From the NCBI RefSeq assembly GCF_006345805.1, contig NC_043024.1, forward strand, positions 19,902,001-19,966,000: a stretch of DNA of 64,000 nt, given 5' to 3'. Origin of the DNA: Octopus sinensis. Lineage: Eukaryota. The notes beneath the pieces were generated by a model that searched no databases, was not told the DNA's origin, and was given only the letters and a program-made list of their open reading frames with translations. Position 1 is the stretch's first letter. Each line of letters begins with the position of its first letter. The position numbers were made by a program, and so were the translations under genes. Shown here piece after piece: positions 63,305-64,000 of the stretch.

Positions 63305-63725
63305 CTGAGGGATATGCAATAATCTCCATATGGAAAATTTTAGAAGGGCTAGTACTTAATTTAGGAATTGAGTGTTATACAAATGCCAGAACTGGTCGCC
63401 ATCTAATAATCTCGGGTTCAAAGGCCCAGAGATTTTCAATAATCTGCCACAGAAATTAAGAAATTTAAATAAGATGGAAGTAGATGTCTTCAAAAAGGAA
63501 CTTGATATCCTCCTCTTCAAAATTCCGGAAGAACCAACGGCCTTACAAGAGGTGCAGACGAGGGCAACGGAATAAATCTCCCTTAATCACTAAATGTACT
63601 AACAGTTTGGACAAAGGTACATACGGGACTGGTGATGTGAAACAGCGCAGATTGAGGAAATCAAAGAGACGACAATGGTGCTCAAGTAAGACCGTAACTG
63701 CATGGCTGAAACGAGTAAAAGAATA
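63305..63725 (+). mobile_element. CR1-like LINE 3' end (second family)
   Basis: YAIISIWKILEGLVLNLGIECYTNARTGRH...NNLGFKGPEIFNNLPQKLRNLNKMEVDVFKKELDILLFKIPEEP; tail ggtgctc...ctgaaacgagtaaaaga. Confidence 0.85.
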
Positions 63726-63729
63726 TATA

Positions 63730-63945
63730 TACTCTTTTTACTCTTTTACTTGTTTCAGTCATTTGACTGCGGCCATGCTGGAGCACCGCCTTTAATCGAG
63801 CAACTCGACCCCGGGACTTATTCTTTTGTAAGCCCAGTACTTATTTTATCGGTCTCTTTTGCCGAACCGCTAAGTAACGGGGACATAAACACACCAGCAT
63901 CGGTTGTCAAGCAATGCTAGGGGGACAAATACAGACACACAAACT
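63730..63945 (-). mobile_element. SINE-B 3' half
   Basis: Family tail and body. Confidence 0.9.
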
Positions 63946-64000
63946 CACACACGCATATACATATACATTTACACGCATATATATATATATACATATATAT

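Overview
Eukaryotic, AT-rich, repeat-dominated genomic DNA. It is most probably from an octopus (coleoid cephalopod); this is inferred from the tRNA-derived SINE families and the long (AT)n/(ATT)n/(GTAT)n tracts. I cannot identify a host protein-coding gene: there is one weak candidate exon, and no rRNA, true tRNA or CRISPR. There is one 100-N scaffold gap at 43638-43737. Working labels: SINE-A starts GGCGGCGAGCTGGCAG and has a central GAGGTCGACTTTGCCTTTCATCCTTTCGGGGTCGAT block; SINE-B starts TAGGCGCAGGAGTGGCTGTGTGG, has a CORE-like ACCTTGGGCAAGTG and an internal (AT)/(GT) tract; SINE-C has a tRNA-Arg-like head GGAGG..ATGGCCYAGTGGTTAG and three alternative tails. The window also holds 3' fragments of RTE, CR1-like, RLE (R4/Dong-like) and Penelope-like retroelements, hAT/piggyBac/mariner/pogo-type MITEs, Helitron-type elements and a decayed DD37D/maT-like transposase. 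Most notable observations: (1) several minimal type I hammerhead-ribozyme motifs with covarying stems in small (AT)n-flanked elements; (2) SINE-A multimers sharing one fixed junction, one of them flanked by a 14-bp target-site duplication (TSD); (3) a 6-unit tandem array of SINE-B heads and a 45-unit 20-bp minisatellite that arose inside a SINE; (4) three fold-back inverted duplications; (5) SINE tails matching LINE tails in the same window; (6) an apparent CpG-depletion boundary. All alignments and counts were done by eye, and element boundaries are approximate unless a TSD is quoted.
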